DNA of 64,000 bases from the NCBI GenBank assembly GCA_964019335.1, contig OZ025725.1, positions 396,156 to 460,155 of the forward strand, written 5' to 3'. Position 1 is the first letter of the stretch; each line of letters opens with the position of its first letter. The notes beneath the pieces are model-generated. The model was not told the origin of the DNA, did no database searches, and saw nothing but the letters and a program-made list of their open reading frames with translations. This DNA comes from Diplonema japonicum (taxonomy: Eukaryota; Protista; Euglenozoa: Diplonemea). A program made the translations under genes and the position numbers. Positions 23,406-33,658 of this stretch are shown here, one piece after another.

Positions 23406-23499
23406 TGAACAATCCAGCCCTTAGGCAATTCTGCTTGTCTAGGTCAGGAAGAGCCGACATCGGGGGGGGAGCCAGTTAATACCTGTGACAATCTTTTCC
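23406..23499 (-). pseudogene. Degenerate cytosolic LSU rRNA fragment (peptidyl-transferase region), euglenozoan type
   Basis: Minus strand reads GAAAAGATTGTCACAGGTATTAACTGGC..CGATGTCGGCTCTTCCTGACCTAG..GCAGAA..CTAAGGGCTGGATTGTTCA. This matches conserved LSU domain V with an internal deletion. Confidence 0.75.
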
Positions 23500-23841
23500 A
23501 CGTACCCGTCATTCTACTTAAGAGTTTTTTGTCCTCTTATAAAAACCTTTTCCCCCTCCCCCCATTCTTTTTGGAAACCGTTTTGGTTTCTTTACAGGGG
23601 GGGGGGGGGGGGGGGGGGTGTCATATATATTGTTCCTTGGTATAAAAAAAAAAGAAACAGAAAATAAACACGAACAGAAAAGAAATTATTTCACAACGCT
23701 ATTGGGGGGGCTTTTTTTCAAAGTAGTTTCCCCCACCCCCCTTTTTTTTCAAAAAGACTATTATTTTTTTTTTGAAGCCGTCCCTTCTTTGTTTCACTTC
23801 AAGGCCTTATGTGTCCAGTTTCCTGTAAAAACAAAAGAGAA

Positions 23842-23877
<36 letters not shown>

Positions 23878-23965
23878 TAGTGGTATGTAGCACTTAACCC
23901 AAGATACGTCCTGTGCGCAAAACTAAGCACCGATTTTTTTTTTCCCCTTCTTTTCCTGTTGCATG

Positions 23966-24009
<44 letters not shown>

Positions 24010-24182
24010 TAAAATTTATTGTTTCGACTTTCTTTCACTGCCCGTGACCTATATGCGCCTATTACTGGCAGGCATTTGCCCAACTGCTGCTAACATTTTA
24101 TATCCCTTTTCAAAATATTTTTTTTTTTCGTTCCATTTAAAGGTCTAATTATCTGGTATTGCAATTTGAAAATAGCTATTTA

Positions 24183-25136
24183 TTTGCAACAAATTATGGC
24201 CATAATTTACTCGAGAATCGTGGGTTTTTTTGGCCGAGGGCCCACAGGGTTCGAGAGTAAATGGGATGGCCATATTTTGGCGCAAAGTAAGTAATTTTAT
24301 CTGATAGTTCAGAAATTGAGTCACTCCGAGTGACCGAGAAAGTGGCCAAAAACCCAAAACCAAATTATGGGCTATCAACTGTCAATAATAGCTATCAAAT
24401 TATGAAAAAACGGCCTATTTTTAGCTGATTCAGGCGGAAGTACGGTGGCCCTACACATTTTTAGTCCCCAGGCAACCCTGTTGACCTGCGATATTGCACC
24501 TTTCCAGGTTATAGTTCTCCGTACAAACAAAGCACGGTACAGTAAGAAGCGGTTCAGCGGCTCAGACCCAGGGCACTCCATAGACATGAGCTCCTCGAGA
24601 TCCCCGTTCGAAAGTAGATGACCCTTGTTCTTCAGCACGCTTGCAAAAAAGTTTGACACGGTCCCATTCCCCAACCTTCTGGTTGCACTTTTCCTTAAAA
24701 ACTGCCCTTATCTGGGAGTACTTGGTTCAAAGAGAAGTAGGGGGCAGCGCCGTTTTTCTTCAGCTTCCTAAGATGAGCGACTTCAGTCGGTTCTTCGTCT
24801 TTCCCCACTAAAGGTCAGCCCATGTTTTCAGGTACTGTGCTTTGCTTATTTCGGGTAGAAGACTCTCTTCCTTCTTCGTTTTCGGCATTTGATGTTTTTT
24901 TTTTTTTTTTTTTTTTTTTGATGATCTTGAGCCCAAATGTGTTAAAAAGAGTTTCACTCTGCCCCCAATAATGTCACTTTCCCCCCTATAATTTGGCAGC
25001 CACGGGCCATAAACACCTAAGTCCTGCCCATAATTGAGCTATCAAATTATAGCCCGGATTATCAAATTATGAGAGGGGGGTAATCAGATTATAGGGGGGG
25101 TTAGGAGTGAAGAAATTTCTGAACTATCAGATAAAA
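24183..25136 (-). mobile_element. Crypton-like element: terminal hairpin (24183-24286) plus body bounded by a 33-bp inverted repeat (24295-24327 / 25104-25136)
   Basis: IR matches at 30/33 nt. Hairpin arms are about 45 nt. Internal GCTATCAAATTAT repeats and a decayed ORF on the minus strand. Confidence 0.7.
24440..24888 (-). pseudogene. Frameshifted N-terminal part of a putative Crypton-type tyrosine recombinase
   Basis: Reconstructed across frameshifts: MPKTKKEESLLPEISKAQYLKTWAD..EEPTEVAHLRKLKKNGAAPTSL*TKYSQIRAVF..STFE..DLEELMS. This resembles the LLPxKSxxxY / PSTLWSxYS pattern recalled from Crypton-I recombinases. No catalytic residues are present. Confidence 0.5.
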
Positions 25137-25224
25137 AAAAAAAAAAAGAAGAAGGAAAAAAAAAAGAAGCTATTCAAAAGGTTTAACCATAACAAACCAC
25201 ATTACCCGTCTCACGCGGTAGAAG

Positions 25225-25261
<37 letters not shown>

Positions 25262-25529
25262 AAGAAAACAAGAAGTAAAAAAAAAAAAAAAGAAGAAGAA
25301 AAAAAAAAAAGATTCTGATGAAAAGGTGGTCCTCGCACCACCCCTACTATTTCTTTTTCCTTTTTTTTTTGTTACGTTATTTTCGATAAAAGACACCCAC
25401 CAAAAAAGAAAACATTCCCCCCCCCCCCCCCTACCCCAACCCCATCCCCCCAAGTAACAGTAATCGCATAAAAAATACCTTTTTTTTCGCAAAGAAGGGA
25501 GCGGGGGGGGGGGGGGGGGGGAGGGGGGG

Positions 25530-26234
25530 ATGAAAACCAAAATCGAAGAAGCAGAAGGGGACATAGTACAATGGTGCACCGAAGGGGACGAACCGTCAAG
25601 CCCGATACCTTTTTCCAAAGGAGGGTCGTGGCTCCAAATACCAATGCCACAGAAACACGTTGAGGCGATGGCTCTAGAGGCATACACGAAGAAACTAGCA
25701 ATGCGCGAGGCGTGCGAGAGGGCCTACCTGACCTGCAAAGCCGCCTTTGAAATTGGAAAAAACATGGTACTGTGGAGGGACGCTGGAAAGCTTCTACGCA
25801 AAAAACTACCGCAACCTGCCTTCGACATGGCTTCTACAGGGCCTTCATGGTGGGCCGTGAAGAGGGAGGCGAGAGTGAAGCCAACCACGATAACTAGCGT
25901 CATCAAGCGACTTCGTCGGGAACGGATCAACACTTGCTGTGCACGGCCTGTTCAGAAGCAGCAGCAGCCACCGCGAGCATCTGTTTTTTGTAGTATTAAG
26001 CGGCTCACCTTTCCACACGAAACTGTCTCGAGGGAAGTGAGGCCGTGCCTGAAGGCTACGTCACGTCCTTCGTCTGCACCGGCGTGCCGTGCTGACAGGC
26101 ATGGCCACTCTAAGTGGAATGCAAAGCGTAAGCGGTTGCACCTTAAGCTTCTCGATTACCCGCATCTTTCCCTTTCTTCGGTCCCTGGCTTGGCTTCTTG
26201 CGAGCTTACTTGCACGCCATGGGTTTATTCTTAA
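25530..26234 (+). CDS. Hypothetical protein
   Basis: 234-aa ATG-initiated ORF, GC-rich coding-like sequence inside a homopolymer island. Confidence 0.55.
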   Translation: MKTKIEEAEGDIVQWCTEGDEPSSPIPFSKGGSWLQIPMPQKHVEAMALEAYTKKLAMREACERAYLTCKAAFEIGKNMVLWRDAGKLLRKKLPQPAFDMASTGPSWWAVKREARVKPTTITSVIKRLRRERINTCCARPVQKQQQPPRASVFCSIKRLTFPHETVSREVRPCLKATSRPSSAPACRADRHGHSKWNAKRKRLHLKLLDYPHLSLSSVPGLASCELTCTPWVYS

Positions 26235-26313
26235 GCCCCACTTTTTTCTTTTTTTTTTTTTCTTCTTTTTGCTAGCAAAAAAAAAAAAAAAAAAGAAGAA
26301 GAGGAAGAAGAAG

Positions 26314-27006
26314 AAGAAAATATTTTGGTGGGCCCTAGAAGAGACAATAGTTAACTGCCATGCACTTCAAATAAAATATGGTTCAGGAATGCCAAAGAGA
26401 TACACCACCCTGGGTGCTTTTAAAGAGCGCTTTCGAGAGAGCCTAATTGATGGGTCCAGTGTTGCAAAAACACCACTCCCGGCACCCAACTAGTGGTGCA
26501 CACACCCCCGATACCCCAGATTACACCAAACGTGACCACCAGCCACTCAAAGGGGGCACCTCCAGGGTCTGCAGGTTGAAAGGATGTACAAAACGCACAA
26601 TCTACAAATGCTACACCTGTAACCACCACCTCTGTCCAAATAAGTGCTTTTTTTGGACCACTCTTCCATCACCCCAAAAGGCCTCTTGACGATTTCGAGG
26701 CCGATATTCCACCCGCAAATAGGCACTTCTCTCGGTCTGAGACATCTGAGGGGTCCTGATGCTGCCTTTTTTGTCCCAGGATGCTCAATTTACACCCCCC
26801 CGTGCACAACCCATTTTGACATAGTCGTTTTTGAGCACCCTACGGCCATTCAACTCTTCATCTCCTTTGTATTTTTATTAATTTTTGAACTTTTTTTTTA
26901 ATTTTCCTGCTGCAAACGGGGGTTAAATGCTGCCATTTTCCCCCTCAAATTATGAAAAGGAGCAAAAAAGGGACCCCTATGTAGATAGGCCCCGGAGTGT
27001 TATGGG
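26314..27006 (+). mobile_element. piggyBac transposon 3' remnant
   Basis: KKIFWWALEETIVNCHAL..FKERFRESLI, then after a frameshift the Cys-rich domain RVCRLKGCTKRTIYKCYTCNHHLCPNKCF. Candidate right end GGG|TTTAA at 27004-27011. Confidence 0.75.
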
Positions 27007-27061
27007 TTTAAAAAAAAAAAAAGAGGCGAGGGGTGCTGAGGAATTTTTTAAAATAATAAAA

Positions 27062-28653
27062 ATGAAGTCCGTTGCGAGGGGGCTCTTGAGAGCGGCGCCG
27101 AAGTACAGCAGGTCGTATTCAGTGCCATGGCCTAATGTATGCATTTTTTTTTTTTAAAACAGAATTTAAAGAGAGAAAAAAAAAAAAAAGAAACACAGCA
27201 TGTGAACACCCCGCAAGACAACGAGAGAGTGCCGTGGGACTTCACGGAGGACAGCTACGTGAAGGTGAAAAAGATATTAGGTAAGTTCCCGCCGCTAAAC
27301 ACGCAAAGCGGGATCATGCCGCTGCTGCACTTGGCACAATGGCAGAACGGTGGCTGGATCCCAGTATCTGCAATGAACAAGATCGCCCAAATCTGCGAAG
27401 TGCCGCCTGTGAGGGTGTACGAAACAGTGACCTTCTACGCCATGTTCAACAGGAGGCCTGTAGGGGACTACCACGTGCAGTTCTGCGTGACGACGCCCTG
27501 CATGATTGTGGGCTCTGATGAATTAATACAAGCAGGTCTGAAGCACCTGGGGCTGGAGAGGTTCAACCAAACAACCCCTGATGGCAAGATCACCCTCGGG
27601 GAGATGGAGTGCATGGGCTGCTGTGTGAACGCGCCCATGATCGTCGTAAGCGATTACAGGTATTTTTTTAAAAAATAACTATTTATTAAATGAAAATAAG
27701 ATTGCATTATTTCACGCGTGGTGGCAGGGGGTTTAACGAGAGAGGATCTTACTTCACGAGCGTAGCGAGTGTAGTAATAATTTTGAGTTAAACCCGCCAC
27801 CACAAGTGAAGTAATGCATTTATTTTAATTTAATATGTTGTTTTATTTAATAAGAGCCGGGTAAAGGATGGGAGGTTACAAGAAGAAATCAAAACTGAGA
27901 GGCAGCAAAAAAGGTTGGGGGGTATTACAAGCTACAAGGGGATTTCAAGTTACCAGTTCTCGTTAGTTCTAACATTAATGTTGATGTCGAGGCTTATCCT
28001 GTGCATCGCTACCGCTGGAACCATCTGAGGTTGCATGTATGGTGGATGCGGGGGCCCACTGCAGAATCTTGATTCTGGGATGGGTTGAGCAGACTGACTA
28101 GCACCCCCGAGACGTGTAATCCTCCCCATCGCTTTAGGCTTTCTTCCCATAGTTTTCTGTGTTTCTAGGGAGTTTGGCTTAAAATAGGTGCAGGAGTGAC
28201 ATAATGTAACATTATATCACTCCTGTACATTATGTCACTCCTGGGCCTTATTTCTCTATAAGCTGGGAGTGAGTATATTGTTGAGCGTGATATAAAGTGA
28301 AATATTATTTTCACTCCCACCCTTGAAAACCCGGCTCGAATTAAATAAAAGAAGAAAAAAAAAAAATTTTTTTTTTGTAGCAACCCGCCCGAATTCTACT
28401 ACGACTACTATGAGGATCTCACCCCCGAGACCCTCTGCAATGTTCTCGATCACCTCCGTTCTGGAGAGCGTAGCAAGCTCCCCATCGGTTCGCAATGCGG
28501 CCGTCAGTTCTCCGCACCACTCGGCGGCAAGACTTCTCTGATCGAAACGCCTCCTGGTCCTTTCTGCAGGTGTGGTAAAAAAAAAAAAATGAAAATTTTC
28601 AAAAAAAAAAAAATTAAAGGGACCTTGATGCGCCGAAGGAAGAGGCTAAATGA
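27062..28653 (+). CDS. NDUFV2: NADH:ubiquinone oxidoreductase 24-kDa subunit (NuoE). Exons 27062-27136, 27199-27659, 28381-28569, 28620-28653
   Basis: IMPLLHLAQWQNGGW, TFYAMFNR, CVTTPC and ECMGCCVNAP ([2Fe-2S] ligands), YYEDLT. Arg/Ser-rich N-terminal presequence. Splicing restores the frame. Confidence 0.95.
27684..28350 (-). mobile_element. Non-autonomous hairpin+IR element (Crypton-like) inside NDUFV2 intron 2
   Basis: Hairpin 27684-27835 with ~50-nt arms and a central CACGAGCGTAGCGAGTG. IR at 27841-27874 / 28314-28350. Removing the element leaves a 54-nt intron, within the size range of the others. Confidence 0.75.
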
Positions 28654-28957
28654 ATAGGGACAGTGGGATAAACGAAAAAAAATAGGTAGGTGTGTGAGTG
28701 TGCTTATTTTTTTTTTTTTTTTTTTTACTACCACGATTTTTTTCTCTTTTTTAGTGTTTTTTTATATTCATTCCCCAGCCCCCCCCATTTCATTTTCTTT
28801 GTACGATTAGGTTTATTTTTTCTTGATTCTTCATGATGTTCCCTTTTTTCTTTCTTTTAACCTCTACCCCCCCATCCTTTACAAGTGTTTGCAGTGAACA
28901 ACAAACCAAATAATGTGCCCCTCCGAACGCTGACAGCAGGGTCAAGACTAATGCAAG

Positions 28958-30175
28958 ATGCCGAGAAAGCTAGGTAACCGGGCACATGTTAAAGTGATAG
29001 GTTGGAAGGGGAAGGTCAAGGTCGTGCACCCTGTGGCGACACTGGCACTGATAGGGGGTGAGGAGCACCCGGCAGCTGGTGTGTACGAGGTGACCGAGGA
29101 CGGTGAAGTGTTTGAAAGGAGTGATCCACAATATGTACTGAGGTGGGAGGGGTGCAAGTGGGTGGCGTACCCCGCAGGTGGCTATGACAAAGTGCTGACA
29201 ATTGCCGATGCGTCTGATGACGACAAGTTCCGCATTGCCGCACGCACCCCGTGGTGCTTAAGCTTCGGAACCCGTGACCAGGACAAGAACACTTCCATAT
29301 CCCGGCTCCTCGAGAAGTGGGTAGAGGCTGTAGGCGGTGCCTCCGCGATCACCGATGACACGAAGCCCCCTTTTTTCCAAATCCCCAAGCACCCTCTCAC
29401 CCCTGCGATCACTCCTTTGCACCACGCCCTCCAGCCAAACATCCCCGCACCCACCATCTCCATCACATCGTCTTGCAAGAAGTCCACCCGCACATGTGTG
29501 CAAGCCCCTTGCATCAGCCCCCCCGCCCTTGACGCCCACGCAATCGAACACATCGAATCTTTCCGCCAGCACTGCGAGGACTACTACAGCACCGTCTTCG
29601 ACGCGAAGCGCCCCGACGCCCCTCGCACGCTTAAGAAGAAGGTCATCAAAAAGTTCCAAATGTACAAGAATGAGCAAGAGTGCAGGGTGAGCCACCACCT
29701 GCGAACCGTCAACGGGTGCGACCTGTCCTTCATGGACTACACGAACGTGGGCAAGATCAAAATGGCGCGCAGGGATGTGCAGGTCATCTCCCTGAAGGGC
29801 AACCTTCTGTCAGACCTGAGTGGCTTGTGCTCGTTCGTAGGTGGCGTCACAGATTTCAAGTCTTTAAGGTTGCTTGACCTGAGTGGGAACCTGCTAACTT
29901 CTTTGGATGCCAGTCTGGGCGTCCTTGTGTCGCTGTGCACACTGCTGTGCCACAAGAACGCCTTCGTCTGTGAGGACAGTGTGTCTGCCCTCAAGGGATG
30001 CCCCTCACTCACTGCGCTCACGCTGTACGGCTGCCCTTTCGAAGAGAGGCATTCATGTTACAAGCGGACCATCGTGAGCCTGCTTCCGCAGCTCAGAAAG
30101 CTCGACTACTGTTGCTTAACAGCAGCAGACTTCCACCTGCAGCGGTGGGCCTTACCAAAAGCAATGCAGCGCTGA
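28958..30175 (+). CDS. Leucine-rich-repeat protein (C-terminal SDS22/U2A'-type LRRs with LRR cap)
   Basis: ISLKGNLLSDL, LRLLDLSGNLLTSL, LTALTLYGCPF..YKRTIVSLLPQLRKLD. Confidence 0.8.
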   Translation: MPRKLGNRAHVKVIGWKGKVKVVHPVATLALIGGEEHPAAGVYEVTEDGEVFERSDPQYVLRWEGCKWVAYPAGGYDKVLTIADASDDDKFRIAARTPWCLSFGTRDQDKNTSISRLLEKWVEAVGGASAITDDTKPPFFQIPKHPLTPAITPLHHALQPNIPAPTISITSSCKKSTRTCVQAPCISPPALDAHAIEHIESFRQHCEDYYSTVFDAKRPDAPRTLKKKVIKKFQMYKNEQECRVSHHLRTVNGCDLSFMDYTNVGKIKMARRDVQVISLKGNLLSDLSGLCSFVGGVTDFKSLRLLDLSGNLLTSLDASLGVLVSLCTLLCHKNAFVCEDSVSALKGCPSLTALTLYGCPFEERHSCYKRTIVSLLPQLRKLDYCCLTAADFHLQRWALPKAMQR

Positions 30176-30240
30176 CCTTTGTTTTGCTAAAGGTTCTATT
30201 CTTTTCCAACGCACCCTTCCTTAAAATTGAATAAGGATAT

Positions 30241-30831
30241 ATGGCGGAGCCCAACGAGACTGTGCTGAATAGCGTGAAGAGCTGCATAACAAAGATAACG
30301 GAATGGAACCAGCAGGCCTGCAGCAGCGAGCTGGGGTTCAATATAGCCGAGCTCCCTGACACTGTGTTCGATGAGATGCTGCAGGCAGTTAGCGAAGTGC
30401 TTGCTTGTGGCAGCCACGAGGAAGTCGTCAGTGTGTGGGCGAAGGAAGGCGGTGTGAGCTGCGCTGCGATCCTGCTGAATTTCGTTGCCACAAAGCACAA
30501 GGATGCCGACGCCCTTCTTTTGCCGACTCTGCAGCTTCTAGCCCTTTCCCCCAATGCGTATGCGCTCAACAAGTCCCACGCAGCCGATCTCCTCTTCGGA
30601 AGCCCAGAGGGAAGCTGCAAACCTGTTGAGCAAGTTGTCCAGCATCTCGAATGTGCTCTTGATACTTCCCGGTCCGATGTTAATAAAGAGATCATTGCCA
30701 TGTGCTGCAAAGCACTGACAGCAATCACCACCAGAGGGGTGCCAGCAGCTACCTTTAACAAGATGGCGGGCCCTTTGATATACCTAGATGCAGTGCAAAC
30801 CTGCTCCCTGAGTACCGCTTTGCCCTTTTAG
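30241..30831 (+). CDS. Hypothetical helical protein (3' end uncertain)
   Basis: 196-aa ORF with host codon usage, 65 nt after the previous stop. Confidence 0.6.
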   Translation: MAEPNETVLNSVKSCITKITEWNQQACSSELGFNIAELPDTVFDEMLQAVSEVLACGSHEEVVSVWAKEGGVSCAAILLNFVATKHKDADALLLPTLQLLALSPNAYALNKSHAADLLFGSPEGSCKPVEQVVQHLECALDTSRSDVNKEIIAMCCKALTAITTRGVPAATFNKMAGPLIYLDAVQTCSLSTALPF

Positions 30832-31176
30832 TTTCTTTTGTCGCTTTTGCAAAAAAAAAAAAAGAAAAAAAAAAAGAAAAAGGAAAAAAGGTGAATATTT
30901 ATCCATTTCAAGCATTCCCTGTTCCATATAAAGTCGAAATCCGTACACAGTACAATTGGCCACTGCCCCGTTGTTCGCTGTTTTCGTCCGGTGCGGGTGA
31001 GGCAGAAATTCTTGCCGACAATCGCAATGGGGACCACCGACACCGATCTGTTCGTCCATCTTGGGCTTGTCGCCGTCACTGTCACTGGTGTTCAGGAATC
31101 TGCTTCGTCGCGTTCTCTGCGCCTTGCCCACCCTGCAATGACATTCACTTTACAGTAAAAAAAAAAAAAAAAAGAA

Positions 31177-33571
31177 ATGCCACCCAAGTCACGCTGCGGC
31201 AGCCGCCCTGGCAGCTCCTTGATCCAGGCACCAAGAAGAAAAAGCAAGGCAAGAAAGCGGGGTTCGAACCAGTCGGGCTTGCATAGATTGTCAGATGCGC
31301 AGTCAGTGGGGAGCCAACCTGATAAGATAAGCGAGTCTGAAGTGGTGGAGGATATTACAGAGGAAGAAATGAACAAGAGACAGGGCCAAGAGGAGCAAGT
31401 GGCCGACCAGAAACAAGAACAAGAACAACAACAAGAAGACGAAAAACCGCAAGATGAACAACCCAGCGCACCACGGCATCCCACCTTGACCCCTGAGCAG
31501 GCAGCCGCAGCACGAATGAGGACACAACAAGACGCCTTCGATGAGATGGACGTCAACGGCGACGGAGCCATCGACAAGGATGAGATGCGCGACGGCCTCG
31601 TGGAACTGGGCGTGGTGGGTGCTGAGGTTGACGACGTGAACCGGTTCTTCCTCACAGGCAGGTCCAGCCTCTCTTTCGACGATTTCGTAGGTGGCGACAT
31701 CTTCACAGAACTAAAGAAGCTCCGGAAAGAGAAGGCCGCTGAAGACATCGCCAGCTACGAAGAACTGAAAGCCATGTCGCACCGAGGCACCTTCGTCCCT
31801 GACAGAGTCCTAAGGATCATCATCGAGTACTGCCCCATCGACTCTTTGCGTATGGTGGGCTGCACATCTGTGACCCTGCGCAAATGGGGATGTCATAATG
31901 AATACTGGAAAGCAGCCCTCTTAAAGAGAAGGAGGCTGGAGCAAGCCATGAAAATCACGCTGTTCTCACTACCTGAGGTCAAAGTCACAGGCAGCTACTA
32001 CGAGTGGTACGTCGAGTGGGTGCGGGAGGTGTCGTCGGAAAATGGCGCAAAGCTATGGGTGAGAAGGATCAAAAGCGAGCTTATGAACGATGGGGAGGTT
32101 CATGAGATAGCGGTGGCGAAGCCGTGCACTGTGGTGTGCGTTTTGAACTCTGTGGTAGTACCTCTGCCAGCTGCCCCAACAACACCACTTGGAGCGGACA
32201 AGGTCGAGGAGACTGCACAAGATGTGAAAAAAGATACCCCAAAAGAGGGAATAGAAGACAACGACGTGCCACCGCCACCACCCCCCGAGCTGCCCACAGT
32301 GTTGGTGGGGGATGAGATAGGTACTGTGAACGTGCATACCATCACAGCCCCCGACACACCGACGGTGCAGCTGCAAGAAAACGACGGTGTCATCACCGCC
32401 ATCACCTACAACAACAACTTCATCTACGTCGGCAGTGCCGACTGCACCGTCACCGTCTGGGATAGGGCGGATTTAGTGAGGCCTGTCTTCAACCTGATCG
32501 GGCACAAGGAAGCCATCTCCACTTTGGTATGCATGCCGTCATAACATTACACTATAGGTTGTTGCGGAATGGGACCCAAAGATTGTCGTATCAGGGTCCA
32601 TGGACCGAACAGTGGTGATGTGGAACAAGCTTGAAAAAGCAAAGGCGAAGAAGAAGTCCGACGCAGGCTTCGCTCAGCAGGTATGTCGGCCCCTCTTCTT
32701 CTTTTTTTGCCATCGTTGCTACAGGTGCATGCAAAGCACGTTTTGGAAGGCCACACAATGAAGGTGACGGAAGTACTTGTCCTAAAGCAGTGCGTCCTGT
32801 CAGCATCACGCGACTGTCTGATTATAGGGTGGAGCTGGACTGGCGAGCAGGTGATAAAAATGGAAGGGCACATGGGGCCTGTCAACGCCCTCAAGCTGTT
32901 GGTATCACCGCACCCGAAAACAGAAATAGAGGGACCAATAGATACAAGGAAACAGAGCAGCCCCCCTGCAGAGGCGGGACGAGACAGGAAAACCAGCACC
33001 GTAGGACAAGATGACATGCTGGTGTCTGCGTGCGGGGGTGGACTGGTGAAAGGATGGAACCTCAAAGGAAAGCAGGTGCTTACAAAGAAGTTGCACGAGT
33101 CTCCGATCGAGACGATAGAAGTATGCGCAGTACTGCGAGTGGTGGTGACGGGGTCATGGGACAACACCCTGTGCATCATGAACCTGGTATGCTGACTATT
33201 TGTTATCTTTATAAATAAATACACAGGACACAGAAATAGTCCTGGCACAGCTGAAAGGACACAACGGCATGGTGCGAAGCATCATTCTCGATCCGCACAG
33301 AAGGCGAGTCATCACAGGCAGCGATGACAAGTCCGTTGGCATTTGGAGCTTCAGCTCAGTGTCCCTGGAATCTAAAAGCAAGGTTATCCTCTCACCGCAC
33401 TATTTGCTGACAGGTGCTAAAGCACCCATCACAGATATGACGCTGGTCAAGGATCACAAGGAACACTGGTATTCCCTGTTCGTCGGTGTTAAGGACAAAG
33501 TGTTGTACCACTGGTGCTTCCTGCCTGATTCACATCTGCAGAATACAATAATACCTGTAAAAAGATCGTAG
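31177..33571 (+). CDS. EF-hand / F-box-like / WD40 protein. Exons 31177-32526, 32558-32680, 32725-33186, 33227-33571
   Basis: DVNGDGAIDKDE EF-hand, VPDRVLRIIIEY F-box-like segment and WD40 repeats. Three phase-0 introns (31, 44 and 40 nt) join the ORFs. Confidence 0.85.
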
Positions 33572-33658
33572 CGATGCGCTCTTTTTTCCAAGAGACGCGC
33601 ATGGTGATTATTCGATGCCTCTCACCCTTCGGGGTCAGCAAGAAATTAGAGCAGGGAC

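Noticed and set aside
23876-23935. Second HDV-like ribozyme suggested by AAACTAAGCACC
   Set aside because: Could not build P1 or P3 pairings.
30765-30792. Possible 28-nt GC-AG intron in the 30241 gene
   Set aside because: The ORF ends acceptably without it, it is shorter than all supported introns, and there is no homology to test it.
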